Below are positions 28,296-39,444 of a DNA stretch of 64,000 nucleotides, in pieces (the first letter of the stretch is position 1; the number at the start of each line of letters is the position of its first letter). The translations under genes were made by a program, and so were the position numbers. The notes below the pieces were generated by a model that was not told where the DNA came from, searched no databases, and saw nothing but the letters and a program-made list of their open reading frames with translations. Source of the DNA: a virus; IMG/VR virus record IMGVR_UViG_3300024492_000057, positions 3,798 to 67,797 of that record; one strand, given 5' to 3'.

Positions 28296-30034
28296 TATTG
28301 CTCCATTGCTTTCTTAGCTTTAAGTTCTTCAATTCTAGCTTTACGTTGTTCTGGAGTTAATCCACTTTTACCAACTGGTCCACTAGGAGGAGTTTTAGCA
28401 TTCTCCCTAGTCTTTTGACGGAAAAGATATGGATCTACCATTTCAATTTCTTCATCAGAAGCACCAAATGACTTCTTTAAACGCTCACGCTTACCCATTA
28501 GAAGTTCGTTATACTGAGCAGTACCGCGTTCAGCCATATGCTTAGCAATCGTAAACATCTGTTTACGGTAGCTAGGATCCATCATACCACCCTGACTTCT
28601 ATTTAGGATAGCGCCCTTAAGCTGCTGAGGCCAAGACATACCAGCACGAGCTAGTGCAATTTCGCCTTCTCTTACTACAGATTCAGGATCTAATGCGCGG
28701 ATAAAGCTATAAAGAGCAGCAACGTCTTGAGGACCGCCCTTTTCAAAATCATTATAACTCATAGTAGCTACTGCATTTTCCATCTTTTTAAGAGATAGAT
28801 ATTCTTTATCAGCAGCCTTAGAATAATCGTCTAGAGCTTTAATCTTCTGTTTTTCTTTTTTAGCATCTTGAGTGCCAGCTAAACGCATTTGCATCTCTTG
28901 TAAACGAGCTGCACGATTTTCAGCTGCCATTTCTCTGCGCTCTTTTTGAGAATTTTTCTGATTATAAATATTAGCTAATTGAGGAAGTTGACGCTCGATA
29001 TCAGCAGCTGAAGCATTTCCTTTAATTTCAAAGCCCATAGATTTGGCTAGTTGTCTATAACCTTCAGATTGAGCGCTTTTAGGATCTTCTTTTTCAAATT
29101 GAACTTGGTCTTTATATTGACTGATTAAATTATTAGCCTGTTGTCTAAAGGCATTACCCTCAGACCCAAAATTAGCGCCTGCTGGACGTTGAATCCCGGC
29201 AATATCATAAGAAGTTACAGAGGAATCCCTAAATCCAGCTAAAGTATTTAAAAGATTAGCTCGATCTTGAATTTGCTGTAAACGCTCTAATGAAGCAATA
29301 GAAGGAGCACTTCCAAAATCAACAACTGTTGGTTGATCAGACTCCACTTGACGTTCAATAGCAGATGGAACTGAAAGCTTTTGAATTTCTCTTTTGATTA
29401 ATTTTTCTTGTTCAGTTTCAGGAACATCTACTTCAGAAGGAGCAGTTGCATTAGGAGATTCAGTTGATGCTCCTTGTTTCAAAGCTTGAGTTTCTCCATT
29501 ACCACTATTCATTGCAGCAAGACCAGCCAAGCCTATACCCGCAGCAACTTTACCCTTATTAGCAGCAACCATTTCCTGATATTGCTGTAATTTAGCCTTT
29601 AAAGATTCAGGATGAGTTAAATCTGCGTTCTTTAATTTATCATCTAAATTAGAGACATTAAAAAAATCTTTTGACTCTAATTCAATTGTTTTAGGAGAGG
29701 CTGATATAGCAGGTACTTGCCCGCTAGATAACGCTGGTAAATTCTTAGGTTCATAAGGAACCGGAGGACGAGAAATAGGGCCAGCTTCACCGAGAACGAA
29801 TCCTTTATCTTGAGGACCACCAACTAATTGAAAGTTTGGGTCTTCCGGTAACTTAATTACTTTCTCTTCAGGAAGTTGAATACTGCTAAGCTGATCCCTC
29901 AAAGTAGGATTATCTAATTGAGCGCCGCGCTCAGCAGCTTCTTTAGCTAATTGACGATTAACAATATCGCCCTCTTCTTTTTTAAGAAGGGGAAGCAATT
30001 TTTTTAAATATTCAAGTTTTTCTCTATTAGCCAC
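28295..30034 (-). CDS. internal virion (ejection) protein
   Basis: helical, D.A..Y.F...LDPESVVREGE motif, position. Confidence 0.68.
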   Translation of the reverse strand: MANREKLEYLKKLLPLLKKEEGDIVNRQLAKEAAERGAQLDNPTLRDQLSSIQLPEEKVIKLPEDPNFQLVGGPQDKGFVLGEAGPISRPPVPYEPKNLPALSSGQVPAISASPKTIELESKDFFNVSNLDDKLKNADLTHPESLKAKLQQYQEMVAANKGKVAAGIGLAGLAAMNSGNGETQALKQGASTESPNATAPSEVDVPETEQEKLIKREIQKLSVPSAIERQVESDQPTVVDFGSAPSIASLERLQQIQDRANLLNTLAGFRDSSVTSYDIAGIQRPAGANFGSEGNAFRQQANNLISQYKDQVQFEKEDPKSAQSEGYRQLAKSMGFEIKGNASAADIERQLPQLANIYNQKNSQKERREMAAENRAARLQEMQMRLAGTQDAKKEKQKIKALDDYSKAADKEYLSLKKMENAVATMSYNDFEKGGPQDVAALYSFIRALDPESVVREGEIALARAGMSWPQQLKGAILNRSQGGMMDPSYRKQMFTIAKHMAERGTAQYNELLMGKRERLKKSFGASDEEIEMVDPYLFRQKTRENAKTPPSGPVGKSGLTPEQRKARIEELKAKKAMEQ

Positions 30035-31103
30035 CGAAACCGCCGCCCATTTTAGACCAGTTACCGCCGAAAGACCAGCCCTTTCCGGTTACGTCTTCAC
30101 TATCAACATCAGTAGAACCTTTTCCAGGATTTAATTCGCCACCGCCGCCGCTAGTTTTAGAAGGAGCTTTTCCATACATCATTCCAACAACATTCCAAAT
30201 CGTATCATCAAAAGCTTTACCTAAAGCGGCTTGAGATTGACCTCTAGACATAGCTTGTTGTAATCCAGCTTGACCATATTGTTGTAGAGGATTTTGATAA
30301 GATTGAGCATAAGCTAATTTATCTAGCCAATTCTGTCGCTGACGTTGTAATTGATTATATTTCTCTTGATTGGATTGTCCAACATTTTGATTAGCAATAG
30401 ATTGTTTATTAGCTAAATTAGCAGCTTGAGCTGTATTCTGAGACGCAACATTCCTCTGGTTAATACCCATTTGATTCTGAACATTAAAACGTTGCATCTG
30501 ATCCATTGCGCTAGCTCGCGCCGACTCTTCTCCATAATCTTGATTGCGAAGATTACTAGCCATACCAGACTGTTGAGCAATAGCTTGTAAAGCACGTTGA
30601 GCTGCTAGAGAGCTAATTCTATCGCCTTCTTCAGAAGCACGATCTGCAGCAGCTTGAGAAGCTCCTAGACGAGCAGCAATTTCAGCCCCGCCACCAGCCT
30701 GACCGCGAGCAGCTAGATTTTGGATAATCTGTTGTTGCTTAGCTTCTAGATCTTGCTGAACACCCTGACGAGCCTTACGCATTTCTGCGGCTTCATCGGG
30801 AGTAAGTCCAGCTCTACCATATTGAGCCATTTGCTGAAGAGCTTTAACTTGAAACTGACGAGTACCCTCATCGCGTTTAATGTTCTTAAATTCAGTTACA
30901 GAATCTTGTAAAGCTTGTTCAAGCTGAGGAGTTAAGATTCCAGCCTGTTGGTATTGATCCAGAATTAATAAAGCGGATTGATCAGGAGGCATTCCAACTT
31001 TATCAAGCTTATCAATCATCGCTGATATAGATGCTTTCTGAGCATCATATCCACCAGATACTGTATCTTGCCCTCTTAAGCCACCAATTAATTGACCAAT
31101 CAT
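30027..31103 (-). CDS. internal virion (DNA pilot-like) protein
   Basis: Gln/Ala-rich, LAARGQAGGG motif. Confidence 0.68.
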   Translation of the reverse strand: MIGQLIGGLRGQDTVSGGYDAQKASISAMIDKLDKVGMPPDQSALLILDQYQQAGILTPQLEQALQDSVTEFKNIKRDEGTRQFQVKALQQMAQYGRAGLTPDEAAEMRKARQGVQQDLEAKQQQIIQNLAARGQAGGGAEIAARLGASQAAADRASEEGDRISSLAAQRALQAIAQQSGMASNLRNQDYGEESARASAMDQMQRFNVQNQMGINQRNVASQNTAQAANLANKQSIANQNVGQSNQEKYNQLQRQRQNWLDKLAYAQSYQNPLQQYGQAGLQQAMSRGQSQAALGKAFDDTIWNVVGMMYGKAPSKTSGGGGELNPGKGSTDVDSEDVTGKGWSFGGNWSKMGGGFGG

Positions 31104-31115
31104 CCTTATTTTCCT

Positions 31116-32603
31116 TTAAGCTTTCTTCTTAAGCTTTCTAAACGTTTTAAACTCTTTTTCAAGATTTTTTAAATTCTGTTCATGAGCTAAACGATCTGCT
31201 TCATTCTTCTGCATTTGTTCTAGACCTAATTTAGCTCTAGCTAGGTATTGATTCTGAAGATCTGACTCACTAGCATTTAATGTTCCAGTTTGGAACTGAT
31301 CGGCTAATTGACCGGTTTTAGCCCAATTTAGAGCTTCATCTAAATTAACAGCATCGCCACGCATTCCGGTAGCTTGAGAATAGGCGGATTTAATTAAATT
31401 CTCCATATCTTTATTGCTACCAGCTATTTCACCAACAAGCGGACTCTTACTAAATCCAGAGCCAACTTCAGAAATATTCTTTAGATGTTCACGCTCTTGT
31501 CCAACGCCAGATTCATATGCACGACGCTGTTGTTGGATTGCTTCATTTAGATTAGCAATAGAACTTACAGCAAATGGATTTTCAGCTAACTTACCAGCAA
31601 CTTCAGGCTGAGCAGTATATTGTTGTAGAAGCTTAGCTTGCTCAGTTCCACTCATAAACTGACCACCGAGTTTACCGAGCATTTGAGCTTTAGCTAAATC
31701 AGCTTGAGTTTGAGCCGCCTGTTTTGTATTATAAAGTTGATTAATTGAAACATAGGGAGAAATGTCAGCTCCGAAAAGAGTAGATCCTTCACCTAGAACA
31801 CCACCAGAAACAGTCTTAAGGTTATTTAAAGTAGCTTCATCTAGTTCAATAGGCGCTTCTTCAGTTCCCGGTTTACCAATCTTATTCAAAATATCCTGAT
31901 ATTGAGCCTGTTGAGCAGCTAATTGAGCAGCCATAGCTGCATCATAATCACTAATTGATTGACCAAGTTTACCTTTAGTTGATTCAGCAATCTGACGAGC
32001 TTGACCTTGTAATTCTTTACCTTGTTCGGTAGCTGCAGTAATTTGACGCTCAGCTTCAGATCCTACACCAACAGTTCCAGCTCTAGCCTGACGAAGCTGC
32101 TGTTGACCGGTTTGACCGAGAAGCATTTGATCAAGACGCTGTTGACCTGCTGAATAAGTTGGACGACCTTGCCCTACATAACGTTGTAGAAGACCAAAAC
32201 GACCAGCCTGAGATCCACCAGCGCGAGCTAATGATTCAGCTTCCTGAGCCCTAGCTCTAACTTCATCCGCGTTCTGGACACCGGTAGGACCTTTAAACTC
32301 TGCGCCTAGAACGTTTTGAACGGTTTTAACATCTTCGTCGCCAGTTTGACCAGTTGCTCCCTGGATAATCTGACCGGCACGTTGTTCTTGTTCACCCAAA
32401 CGGGCCTTTTCTTCGCCAATTTTCTGCTGAAACTGCTGACCAGCTTGAGAAACAGCTCCACGAGCCTGTTGACCAGCCTGTTGAACACCAGATGCAACAG
32501 TTTGACCTAATTTATTAGATCTATTAGACTGTAAATACCTACTGAGGTTGGTAAATCCAGATCCAGCTTGATTAGGTTTAATTGTGGGAGGTAGAATAGC
32601 CAA
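31116..32603 (-). CDS. Gln/Gly-rich internal virion protein
   Basis: GSGFTNL..YL..N N-terminus, TTG start with GAGG RBS behind late motif. Confidence 0.65.
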   Translation of the reverse strand: MAILPPTIKPNQAGSGFTNLSRYLQSNRSNKLGQTVASGVQQAGQQARGAVSQAGQQFQQKIGEEKARLGEQEQRAGQIIQGATGQTGDEDVKTVQNVLGAEFKGPTGVQNADEVRARAQEAESLARAGGSQAGRFGLLQRYVGQGRPTYSAGQQRLDQMLLGQTGQQQLRQARAGTVGVGSEAERQITAATEQGKELQGQARQIAESTKGKLGQSISDYDAAMAAQLAAQQAQYQDILNKIGKPGTEEAPIELDEATLNNLKTVSGGVLGEGSTLFGADISPYVSINQLYNTKQAAQTQADLAKAQMLGKLGGQFMSGTEQAKLLQQYTAQPEVAGKLAENPFAVSSIANLNEAIQQQRRAYESGVGQEREHLKNISEVGSGFSKSPLVGEIAGSNKDMENLIKSAYSQATGMRGDAVNLDEALNWAKTGQLADQFQTGTLNASESDLQNQYLARAKLGLEQMQKNEADRLAHEQNLKNLEKEFKTFRKLKKKA

Positions 32604-32622
32604 AGTTATATCCTCAATATAT

Positions 32623-32631
32623 AGTTGTTAA
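32623..32631 (-). promoter_or_regulatory. late promoter motif TTAACAACT
   Basis: recurrent motif, about 20 nt upstream of 32603 start. Confidence 0.75.
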
Positions 32632-32642
32632 ATTTTCAACAT

Positions 32643-33056
32643 TTACCTAATTGCAAGTACTTTCACCCTATACAAAGCATTAGCTTGTAACCCTGTGATA
32701 TGATTGATAATTATTTGCTGATCGGTTTCAGTATAATTAATAAATACACCAGACGTAGGATATACAGAACTATTCGATAAATTATCTGCTTTTATAACAA
32801 ATAACCCCTCAACTCGATCAGTAGTGCTCTTTTTAATAATTGTAGATGTTAAAGGCTTACCATTAGCATCAACTTGTACATCTAACTCCTTGATAGTACT
32901 AGCGATATTATCTTTAAACGTTAATTTACCATTTAGAAGATCATATAATACTTCAATACCATAGTTTAATGAAACTGAAAGGGTTTTAATTAACCCCTGA
33001 TACTCAGTAGGATAATCCTGTTCATAAATTCTACGAAAATTAGGCAACCTAGCCAT
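32643..33056 (-). CDS. small tail-associated protein
   Basis: follows nozzle gene, TAATG coupling. Confidence 0.6.
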   Translation of the reverse strand: MARLPNFRRIYEQDYPTEYQGLIKTLSVSLNYGIEVLYDLLNGKLTFKDNIASTIKELDVQVDANGKPLTSTIIKKSTTDRVEGLFVIKADNLSNSSVYPTSGVFINYTETDQQIIINHITGLQANALYRVKVLAIR

Positions 33057-36000
33057 TATCGATAGCTCCGCTCACTGAGTTGAGTTTCACCGATTAAGCT
33101 AATTCCATATAACGCCCATTTCTCACGAGCAACTCGATGATTAAAACGTACTAACATGTAACGGCAACGTTGACAATTGCGAGGAATATACGTACGAATA
33201 GGAGCACCGTGACTAGCGCCGCCAAAAAACCCATTACCAAAATCATTGAATCCGAAAATACCATTACCATCAGCAATTAGTTCAACTTCTTCAAATTGCG
33301 GTAGTAAATCCGTTGCAAAACTGATAGTGGCTTGAGTAAAAGCTAAGTTATCAAACATAACCTGAGCATCTCTCATATGTTTTAGAGAAACTGGATCTCC
33401 ACCGAAAGTATTTGGAGAGTAAAGTACATCACAATCAATAGATTTATACACTTTAATATCGCCAAGTACTAAAGGGATCTCATTAGAGATAGTAATACGC
33501 TCAGCAACGATATTTACATCAGTAATTAATACTTCTTGTAGCTTTGTTCCACTAAGAGACATATAATTAGAGAACGCTACAACACTATCTAGGTTTAATT
33601 TACTAATTAATTGATTATAACATACCTGATGATCAGCAAAATCAGTTACAACGGTAGCAAAACTACCCGCAGTACCAGCAGTAGTTACAGTAAACCCGGG
33701 TTGAACTGTAAAGGTATTGGCCCCAGTAACAGTTACTGCATACTCACCATTAATACTTGGAACAGAATTAGTTCCAGAAATAGAAACAATTCTTCCGGTA
33801 ACTAATCCATGACTAGCAGAAGTAATAGAAACAGTAGATCCTGTTGAAATAGCAGTAATAGACCCACTCAAATCATCGATAGATGCTTCATAATTTGTAA
33901 ACTGGAGGGAATCTGTATCTAATTTCTGAGCTAAAGCTAATAATTTAGACCGAATACTATCGCCGGTAACTGCTTCTAAATCATCAAAGTAGTCATTAGA
34001 TGTACCTGGATCTAAATCTAGCTTCTTTAGGAGCATATTATAATCATATAATGATACAGTCTGCTCTTGAACTAGAACATCATTATCAGCAACGTTAGTA
34101 ACGTCATTAATATTAAGTACCGTATTAGTGAAAAGAGATTCTAGTTCTAAATCGTAATCACGATCGGCATGATCTTCACGAGTGAAATTCTTACGCTCTT
34201 GCTCAATGAAGTTAGTATCGCCAGCTCCAACATACATTTTATCGTCAGCAAAGTTAATTACACCGCAAACAAAGTCCTTATCGATAGTGGACCACGCATT
34301 AGTTAGAGTATTATACTTATAACCTTGCTTAGCATACGTATCTGTAGTCTTTTTTACTGTAAAAACTGTATATGATTTATCAGAATCATATCCAATACCC
34401 CAAGTTGCAGTTGGAAATGATGTATATGATGAAGAGGCTAGCGGTAATAAATCAATGTCAATTGGGCGAGATACGTTACTAGTTCCAGATTCGGTAATAG
34501 AAGCTACACCTTCATCTGTCCAACCATAAATAACGTTACCTACAGCATCAATACTATCGGCGGCAAGAAGTTTAGTGCTACCATCAAATAATGCTAAGTT
34601 AAAAGGAATAGATTCGCCTGAAATTCTATAAATTCCATCTTCTTTAAATACGAAAAGACTGTCGCGAAGAGGAAAAATGCGAACAATTGCTCTATCTTTA
34701 GCTCCAACATCGAAATAATTGAGGATTGGAACTGCTTCAGGTTGTTGAAATTTAGAATAATAGATGCGGTTAGGAGATTCTTCATTAGAAGAAGATTCAA
34801 CTGAAGTTGCTGGAATTACTCCACCAACAGTACCAGCTACAGTAACGGTTACATTAACCCTAAAAGTAGTAGAGTTTACATAAGTAATCTGTCTATATCC
34901 ATCGATATTAGGAGTAGAGTTGCTTCCACTAATATAAACGTAATCTAAATTAGTTAAACCGTGAGCTGCAGAAGTTACTACAGTCATAGTTGAAGGTGAA
35001 CCAGTAGTAATAGATGAAATCTGTATAGTAGGAGCAAAAGTTGGATTAAAAGATGCTCCAGTATTAGAATTATTAGTTACAATACTAAATTCACCGATAT
35101 CTAATCCACGACCTTCAAATACCATCTTACCAGGAACTTCCTGAGCACCAGAAGTATAGTATACATATACATTCTCGCTAGCATTCTTATTAACTACCCG
35201 AGTTAAACTTTGAGCAGTTTCTTGAACAGCAATAGCAGGAGAGATATTATCAGATAGAAGAATCTGCTTATTAGTAGCATTTTCCCCTACGCCCTGATTA
35301 GTCACAGTAAAACTAAATCCAGTAGTACCATCTACAGGATCAGTGGTTTCTCCTACCCCCGAAAGCGTTACAGTTACAACATCTAAAGCATTAGATGCAT
35401 CAAAATAGTTAGAAAGACGGTTAAAAGCATCGCGAGTTTTCTCAGCAATTTGAGTTGCGGTATCGCTAGCATCGGCAATAATTTGTACTAATTGTCTACC
35501 GCCAGCGGCAGGAGCTACTGCAGTGCCAATTTTATACCAAAAACGGAATAATTGACCGTCTTCAGCGCTATTAACATCAAAATAATCTGCAGTTCCAGAA
35601 GCAGCCAACGTAGAACCTGCATCGCAATCGATTGTAAATACTTCAGCTTCACCGATTACAAAGGTATAAGTATTATAACTAGATTCAGTCGCGATTGTAA
35701 TAGTTGGGGTAGTTCCATTATTATAATCTTCAATCATACTCTGAACACCAAGAAGACTTACATCTTTACGGTGACGAGTATAAGTATTAGCATAAAATAC
35801 GCTATTTTTAAATACGTTTATATCTTTAGCGAAAGGAGGAACGTCATTAGCTTGAAGAATCCCCTCTCCAGTAGATGCGTTTGTATAAAGGTTAGCTCCT
35901 CTAAATGCATCTGGAACTATATCTTCTATTTCAACTTGAGAAACAGCTAATTCAGCTGAAGTTGGAAAAGCTTCATATACAAGTTGTAATTCATCATTAG

Positions 36001-37354
36001 GAAATACATCAGTTGAAAGAACCTGTACTCCCGTTGCGGAAAATACAGCCGAGCGATAAACTTGAAAGAAATAATCTGAAGTAATATCTTCAGGAATTGT
36101 AATTTTTAAATCAACATTAGATGCCGTTGTAACATCTAATACATCAATATAAGTAGTAGATACGGTATTATCGATTACAGCATTAGGCTCAGCAATTAAA
36201 GCCTCAATAATAAGAGTAACGTAATCTTGTAATTCAACTAATTCCGCATTAGTAGGAGGAGTTCCAGGAGCAGTTGGCTGAGCAATAGCTCTATATGTAT
36301 TAGATACAATAGTAGCACTACCAGAAACAGTAACTGCACCAGTAGCAGCAGTATTAAAAGTTATTTGAGTTGAATTTACTGAAGCTACAGTTTGAGCACC
36401 GTTTAAAGTACCAGTAGCAGGAGAAAATCCAGAAAGATAGATGGAAGATCCGGCTGAAACATAAAGAGAAGGATCACCAGATGCGAATGTAACTGTACAC
36501 ACTCCAGAAGAAATAGTAGCAGTATCAATTTCTAAAGGAGCACCGGTAGGAGTACCATCATTATCTGCATATAGAATATCATTATCGATCTTAGATACTA
36601 GAGAAATTAAATTAGTTCTAAGTTCAGCCGCACTAGCGGTTAAATCTAGTTTTAAAGTATTAACATAATTCTGATCACTGATCATTGATCCAGAACGACC
36701 AATATCATCTAGAGCACCCAAAAGATGCATATAATCAGGAATTAGAAGATTTAGAAGAGGATTATATACTTCAATTCGCTGAGAAGGAGTTCCTAGAAGA
36801 AGGTTATTATTGGCGTCTTTATAACCCCAAACTACCCTATAAGCAACAGCTGAATCTTGAGTTAGAAATCCGGTCTGATTACCATATTCATATGAAGCTG
36901 CACCAGCAATATCAACAGCTTTAACAGCTCCAGCATTAGTTATATAATTAGGTGCAGTAGAAAAATCACTAGCAGTTTTAGCTGAAATCTTTTTAATACC
37001 GGCAGAAGTGGTTAGATATAAATTACCATTAGTTTCAACTGATTTAATTCTTAAACCAGATTCAGTTTCAGAAATAGTACCAGAGAAACTAGAAAAATTA
37101 CCTTCACCATCGTCAAATTGAAGAGTTGAAGCATAATGACGAAGGATTCTTCGTTTATAATTTAAAAGTTGTTTAGCTCTATCTGTAGTAGAACCAAAAG
37201 AATTACCATATAGATTGAATCCACGACGGGGCTCTACAACATTATCTCTAAGAATATTAACATTCTTAGCTACAGACAGAGAACCATCTGGAACATCTAA
37301 TTGATTAGGTTGAGTATTTAACCCAAGAGCCTTTAAATTAAAAACAGAAGGCAT
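33056..37354 (-). CDS. tail nozzle/stabilisation protein (P22 gp10/T7 gp12-like) with inserted beta domains
   Basis: N-terminal GLNT..N..NV....V.PRRG; NRIYYSK..QPEAVP; LFVFKEDGIY; position after adaptor. Confidence 0.7.
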   Translation of the reverse strand: MPSVFNLKALGLNTQPNQLDVPDGSLSVAKNVNILRDNVVEPRRGFNLYGNSFGSTTDRAKQLLNYKRRILRHYASTLQFDDGEGNFSSFSGTISETESGLRIKSVETNGNLYLTTSAGIKKISAKTASDFSTAPNYITNAGAVKAVDIAGAASYEYGNQTGFLTQDSAVAYRVVWGYKDANNNLLLGTPSQRIEVYNPLLNLLIPDYMHLLGALDDIGRSGSMISDQNYVNTLKLDLTASAAELRTNLISLVSKIDNDILYADNDGTPTGAPLEIDTATISSGVCTVTFASGDPSLYVSAGSSIYLSGFSPATGTLNGAQTVASVNSTQITFNTAATGAVTVSGSATIVSNTYRAIAQPTAPGTPPTNAELVELQDYVTLIIEALIAEPNAVIDNTVSTTYIDVLDVTTASNVDLKITIPEDITSDYFFQVYRSAVFSATGVQVLSTDVFPNDELQLVYEAFPTSAELAVSQVEIEDIVPDAFRGANLYTNASTGEGILQANDVPPFAKDINVFKNSVFYANTYTRHRKDVSLLGVQSMIEDYNNGTTPTITIATESSYNTYTFVIGEAEVFTIDCDAGSTLAASGTADYFDVNSAEDGQLFRFWYKIGTAVAPAAGGRQLVQIIADASDTATQIAEKTRDAFNRLSNYFDASNALDVVTVTLSGVGETTDPVDGTTGFSFTVTNQGVGENATNKQILLSDNISPAIAVQETAQSLTRVVNKNASENVYVYYTSGAQEVPGKMVFEGRGLDIGEFSIVTNNSNTGASFNPTFAPTIQISSITTGSPSTMTVVTSAAHGLTNLDYVYISGSNSTPNIDGYRQITYVNSTTFRVNVTVTVAGTVGGVIPATSVESSSNEESPNRIYYSKFQQPEAVPILNYFDVGAKDRAIVRIFPLRDSLFVFKEDGIYRISGESIPFNLALFDGSTKLLAADSIDAVGNVIYGWTDEGVASITESGTSNVSRPIDIDLLPLASSSYTSFPTATWGIGYDSDKSYTVFTVKKTTDTYAKQGYKYNTLTNAWSTIDKDFVCGVINFADDKMYVGAGDTNFIEQERKNFTREDHADRDYDLELESLFTNTVLNINDVTNVADNDVLVQEQTVSLYDYNMLLKKLDLDPGTSNDYFDDLEAVTGDSIRSKLLALAQKLDTDSLQFTNYEASIDDLSGSITAISTGSTVSITSASHGLVTGRIVSISGTNSVPSINGEYAVTVTGANTFTVQPGFTVTTAGTAGSFATVVTDFADHQVCYNQLISKLNLDSVVAFSNYMSLSGTKLQEVLITDVNIVAERITISNEIPLVLGDIKVYKSIDCDVLYSPNTFGGDPVSLKHMRDAQVMFDNLAFTQATISFATDLLPQFEEVELIADGNGIFGFNDFGNGFFGGASHGAPIRTYIPRNCQRCRYMLVRFNHRVAREKWALYGISLIGETQLSERSYR

Positions 37355-37356
37355 TA

Positions 37357-38580
37357 TTAAATCCTTCGGCGTACGCCCATACGTCCATAGCTAAGAAGAC
37401 TTTTACGTTGATTAACTTTAGGAGTAGATCCATCAACGCGATTATCTACAAGAGTACCTTCAGCACGTTTAATATCGCCGATTTTAGCTACGGAAATTTG
37501 TAAACCTTGTAAATCACCTTGAGCAGCTAGAATTCTAGAACCAACACGCTCAGCTAATCCATTATGAAGATCCGGTGGAATCATTGGAATAATACATTCG
37601 TATTGTTCACAAATATAATCGCCAATTTCAAATCCTTCTGGAATCTGATCAGCATCGAATAGTATAGAATTAGTTGAAACTGAGCCAGAATTTAGAATAA
37701 CGTCTTTAGCTAATAGCTTATGACCCGGTTTAGTTTGTAGAAAGTCTACAGTTAGACCTTCAACATAATGATCTGATAGATCTTCTGTAAATTGAATAGC
37801 AATTTGAGAAGAAACAACCATTCCCGTTGAATTAGATTCAAATTCTAGATCTAAATCTTGATATTCAATTGCAACTACTGCAGATGAACCGTTAGAGGCA
37901 TTATAAGTTCCATCAGTATTAATAGCGGTAACTAAATTAGCAGCACTTAAAATTGAAGAAGCACCAATTTGAAACTCTAATGCATTGGGGGAACCAGCTA
38001 CTGCAGTGAAAACTAAATTACCGATGGTTAAAGTATTTCCAGCTACTAGATTAGCATTATTAACTGTAACATTCTTAACAAAAGCTTCACTAATTGCAGC
38101 TCGTTCATTAAGAACTAACTGATTAGGACGAAGGAAATAAGTAAAACGTAAAGAACCGGTAGGTTGTGAAATATTAAATGGAGCTAGTACTACATCATTA
38201 TTCTCAATATAATACTTCTGCATTAAATTGATTGTAGAACTTTCACGCTGCCAATACGATTTATCATCTGGATTAATTCTAGTCATCTCAAAAAGATTAC
38301 CATTATTATCCACATAAAAAATATCACGCAATTTCATTCCCATAGCACGCTCGGGAATTGGATAACGTTCTACATTAGATTGTAATTCAACATCTTCAGA
38401 GTATACAAAATACTCTTCATGATATTGAAGAATATCAGGAACTTGACTGATCATTAATTCTTCATTAGCAAATGAAAGAATATCTGTTTCAGTGAAAGTT
38501 CTCTGATTTAAAGGAACTGCAATCTTACGCTTTACAGCTTCGATCAGCTCCGCAGAAGTCATCCACGGCTTAATGCCCAT
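37357..38580 (-). CDS. head-tail adaptor protein with inserted domain
   Basis: T..ELI..VKR...IL..AN.E N-terminus, IP..LH..LA C-terminus, position. Confidence 0.65.
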   Translation of the reverse strand: MGIKPWMTSAELIEAVKRKIAVPLNQRTFTETDILSFANEELMISQVPDILQYHEEYFVYSEDVELQSNVERYPIPERAMGMKLRDIFYVDNNGNLFEMTRINPDDKSYWQRESSTINLMQKYYIENNDVVLAPFNISQPTGSLRFTYFLRPNQLVLNERAAISEAFVKNVTVNNANLVAGNTLTIGNLVFTAVAGSPNALEFQIGASSILSAANLVTAINTDGTYNASNGSSAVVAIEYQDLDLEFESNSTGMVVSSQIAIQFTEDLSDHYVEGLTVDFLQTKPGHKLLAKDVILNSGSVSTNSILFDADQIPEGFEIGDYICEQYECIIPMIPPDLHNGLAERVGSRILAAQGDLQGLQISVAKIGDIKRAEGTLVDNRVDGSTPKVNQRKSLLSYGRMGVRRRI

Positions 38581-38597
38581 TGGTTATCCTTTAATTA

Positions 38598-38984
38598 TTA
38601 CTCGCCAGCCTTCATTTTAGCTTTTAGAGCTTCTAATTCAGCAATTTTTTCATCAATTTCTTCAGGAGTGCAGTCTTCCATCTCTTTAAGAAGATCACTC
38701 ATAGGCTCTTTTTCATTTCCAAGAACCTTCATTTTTTCTAGATCAGCGCCCATTTCCTCTTCTTCGCCACCTTCAACAAGATCTTCAGCCTTTTCAAGAC
38801 CTTCCTTAAGACCTTCAGCACTGTCAGCAGCGACAGTTACCTTTTTAGCAGGAATTTTACCACCAAGAAGAGCACCAGCCTGACGACTCATCTCTTTAGC
38901 AATGCCCATTTTAGCTTCTTTTTCAAGAGGATCTAGTTTCTTACCCTTTTTATCAAGTTTCTGCATTAGTTTTTCTTTTAACAT
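38598..38984 (-). CDS. hypothetical charged protein
   Basis: AAGGA RBS; KKVTVAADS.EGLKEGLEKA. Confidence 0.65.
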   Translation of the reverse strand: MLKEKLMQKLDKKGKKLDPLEKEAKMGIAKEMSRQAGALLGGKIPAKKVTVAADSAEGLKEGLEKAEDLVEGGEEEEMGADLEKMKVLGNEKEPMSDLLKEMEDCTPEEIDEKIAELEALKAKMKAGE

Positions 38985-38985
38985 A

Positions 38986-39441
38986 TTATCCTTTCAAGAT
39001 AGTTGTAAGCAACATTCCAAGAGTTGAAATCGCCTGTAAAACAATACAAGCTTTAATAACTAATGGAATTTCTTTTAATTCAAGTTCTTTGATTATAACC
39101 GGTTTCTCAATTTCAATAATTCTAACTTCCGTACTAACTACTGGAACATCAACTCTTTCATACTCTTTAACAATAACTGGAACTTCAATCTTTTCAACTT
39201 TAGTATGAACTTCAGAAATAATAGTTGGAACAGAAATTTCTTTAATCTCTGTTTTAGTTATAATTTCAGGAACTTTAATAACTTCAACCTTAGAACCAAG
39301 CTCTCCGGTCAAGTTCAAATTTTCAACTTTAATACCATCTACAATAGAAACGCGCCAAGCAGCTTTCTCAACATCAAATGTTGCATTATCCATTTGATAT
39401 TGGTCTAAATTAGATGGTTTAATTGAATGAACGTTATCCAT
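38986..39441 (-). CDS. protein with (I/V)xVPxI repeats and C-terminal TM
   Basis: IKVPEI, ISVPTI, IEVPVI, VDVPVV, IEKPVI repeats. Confidence 0.7.
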   Translation of the reverse strand: MDNVHSIKPSNLDQYQMDNATFDVEKAAWRVSIVDGIKVENLNLTGELGSKVEVIKVPEIITKTEIKEISVPTIISEVHTKVEKIEVPVIVKEYERVDVPVVSTEVRIIEIEKPVIIKELELKEIPLVIKACIVLQAISTLGMLLTTILKG

Positions 39442-39444
39442 AAA

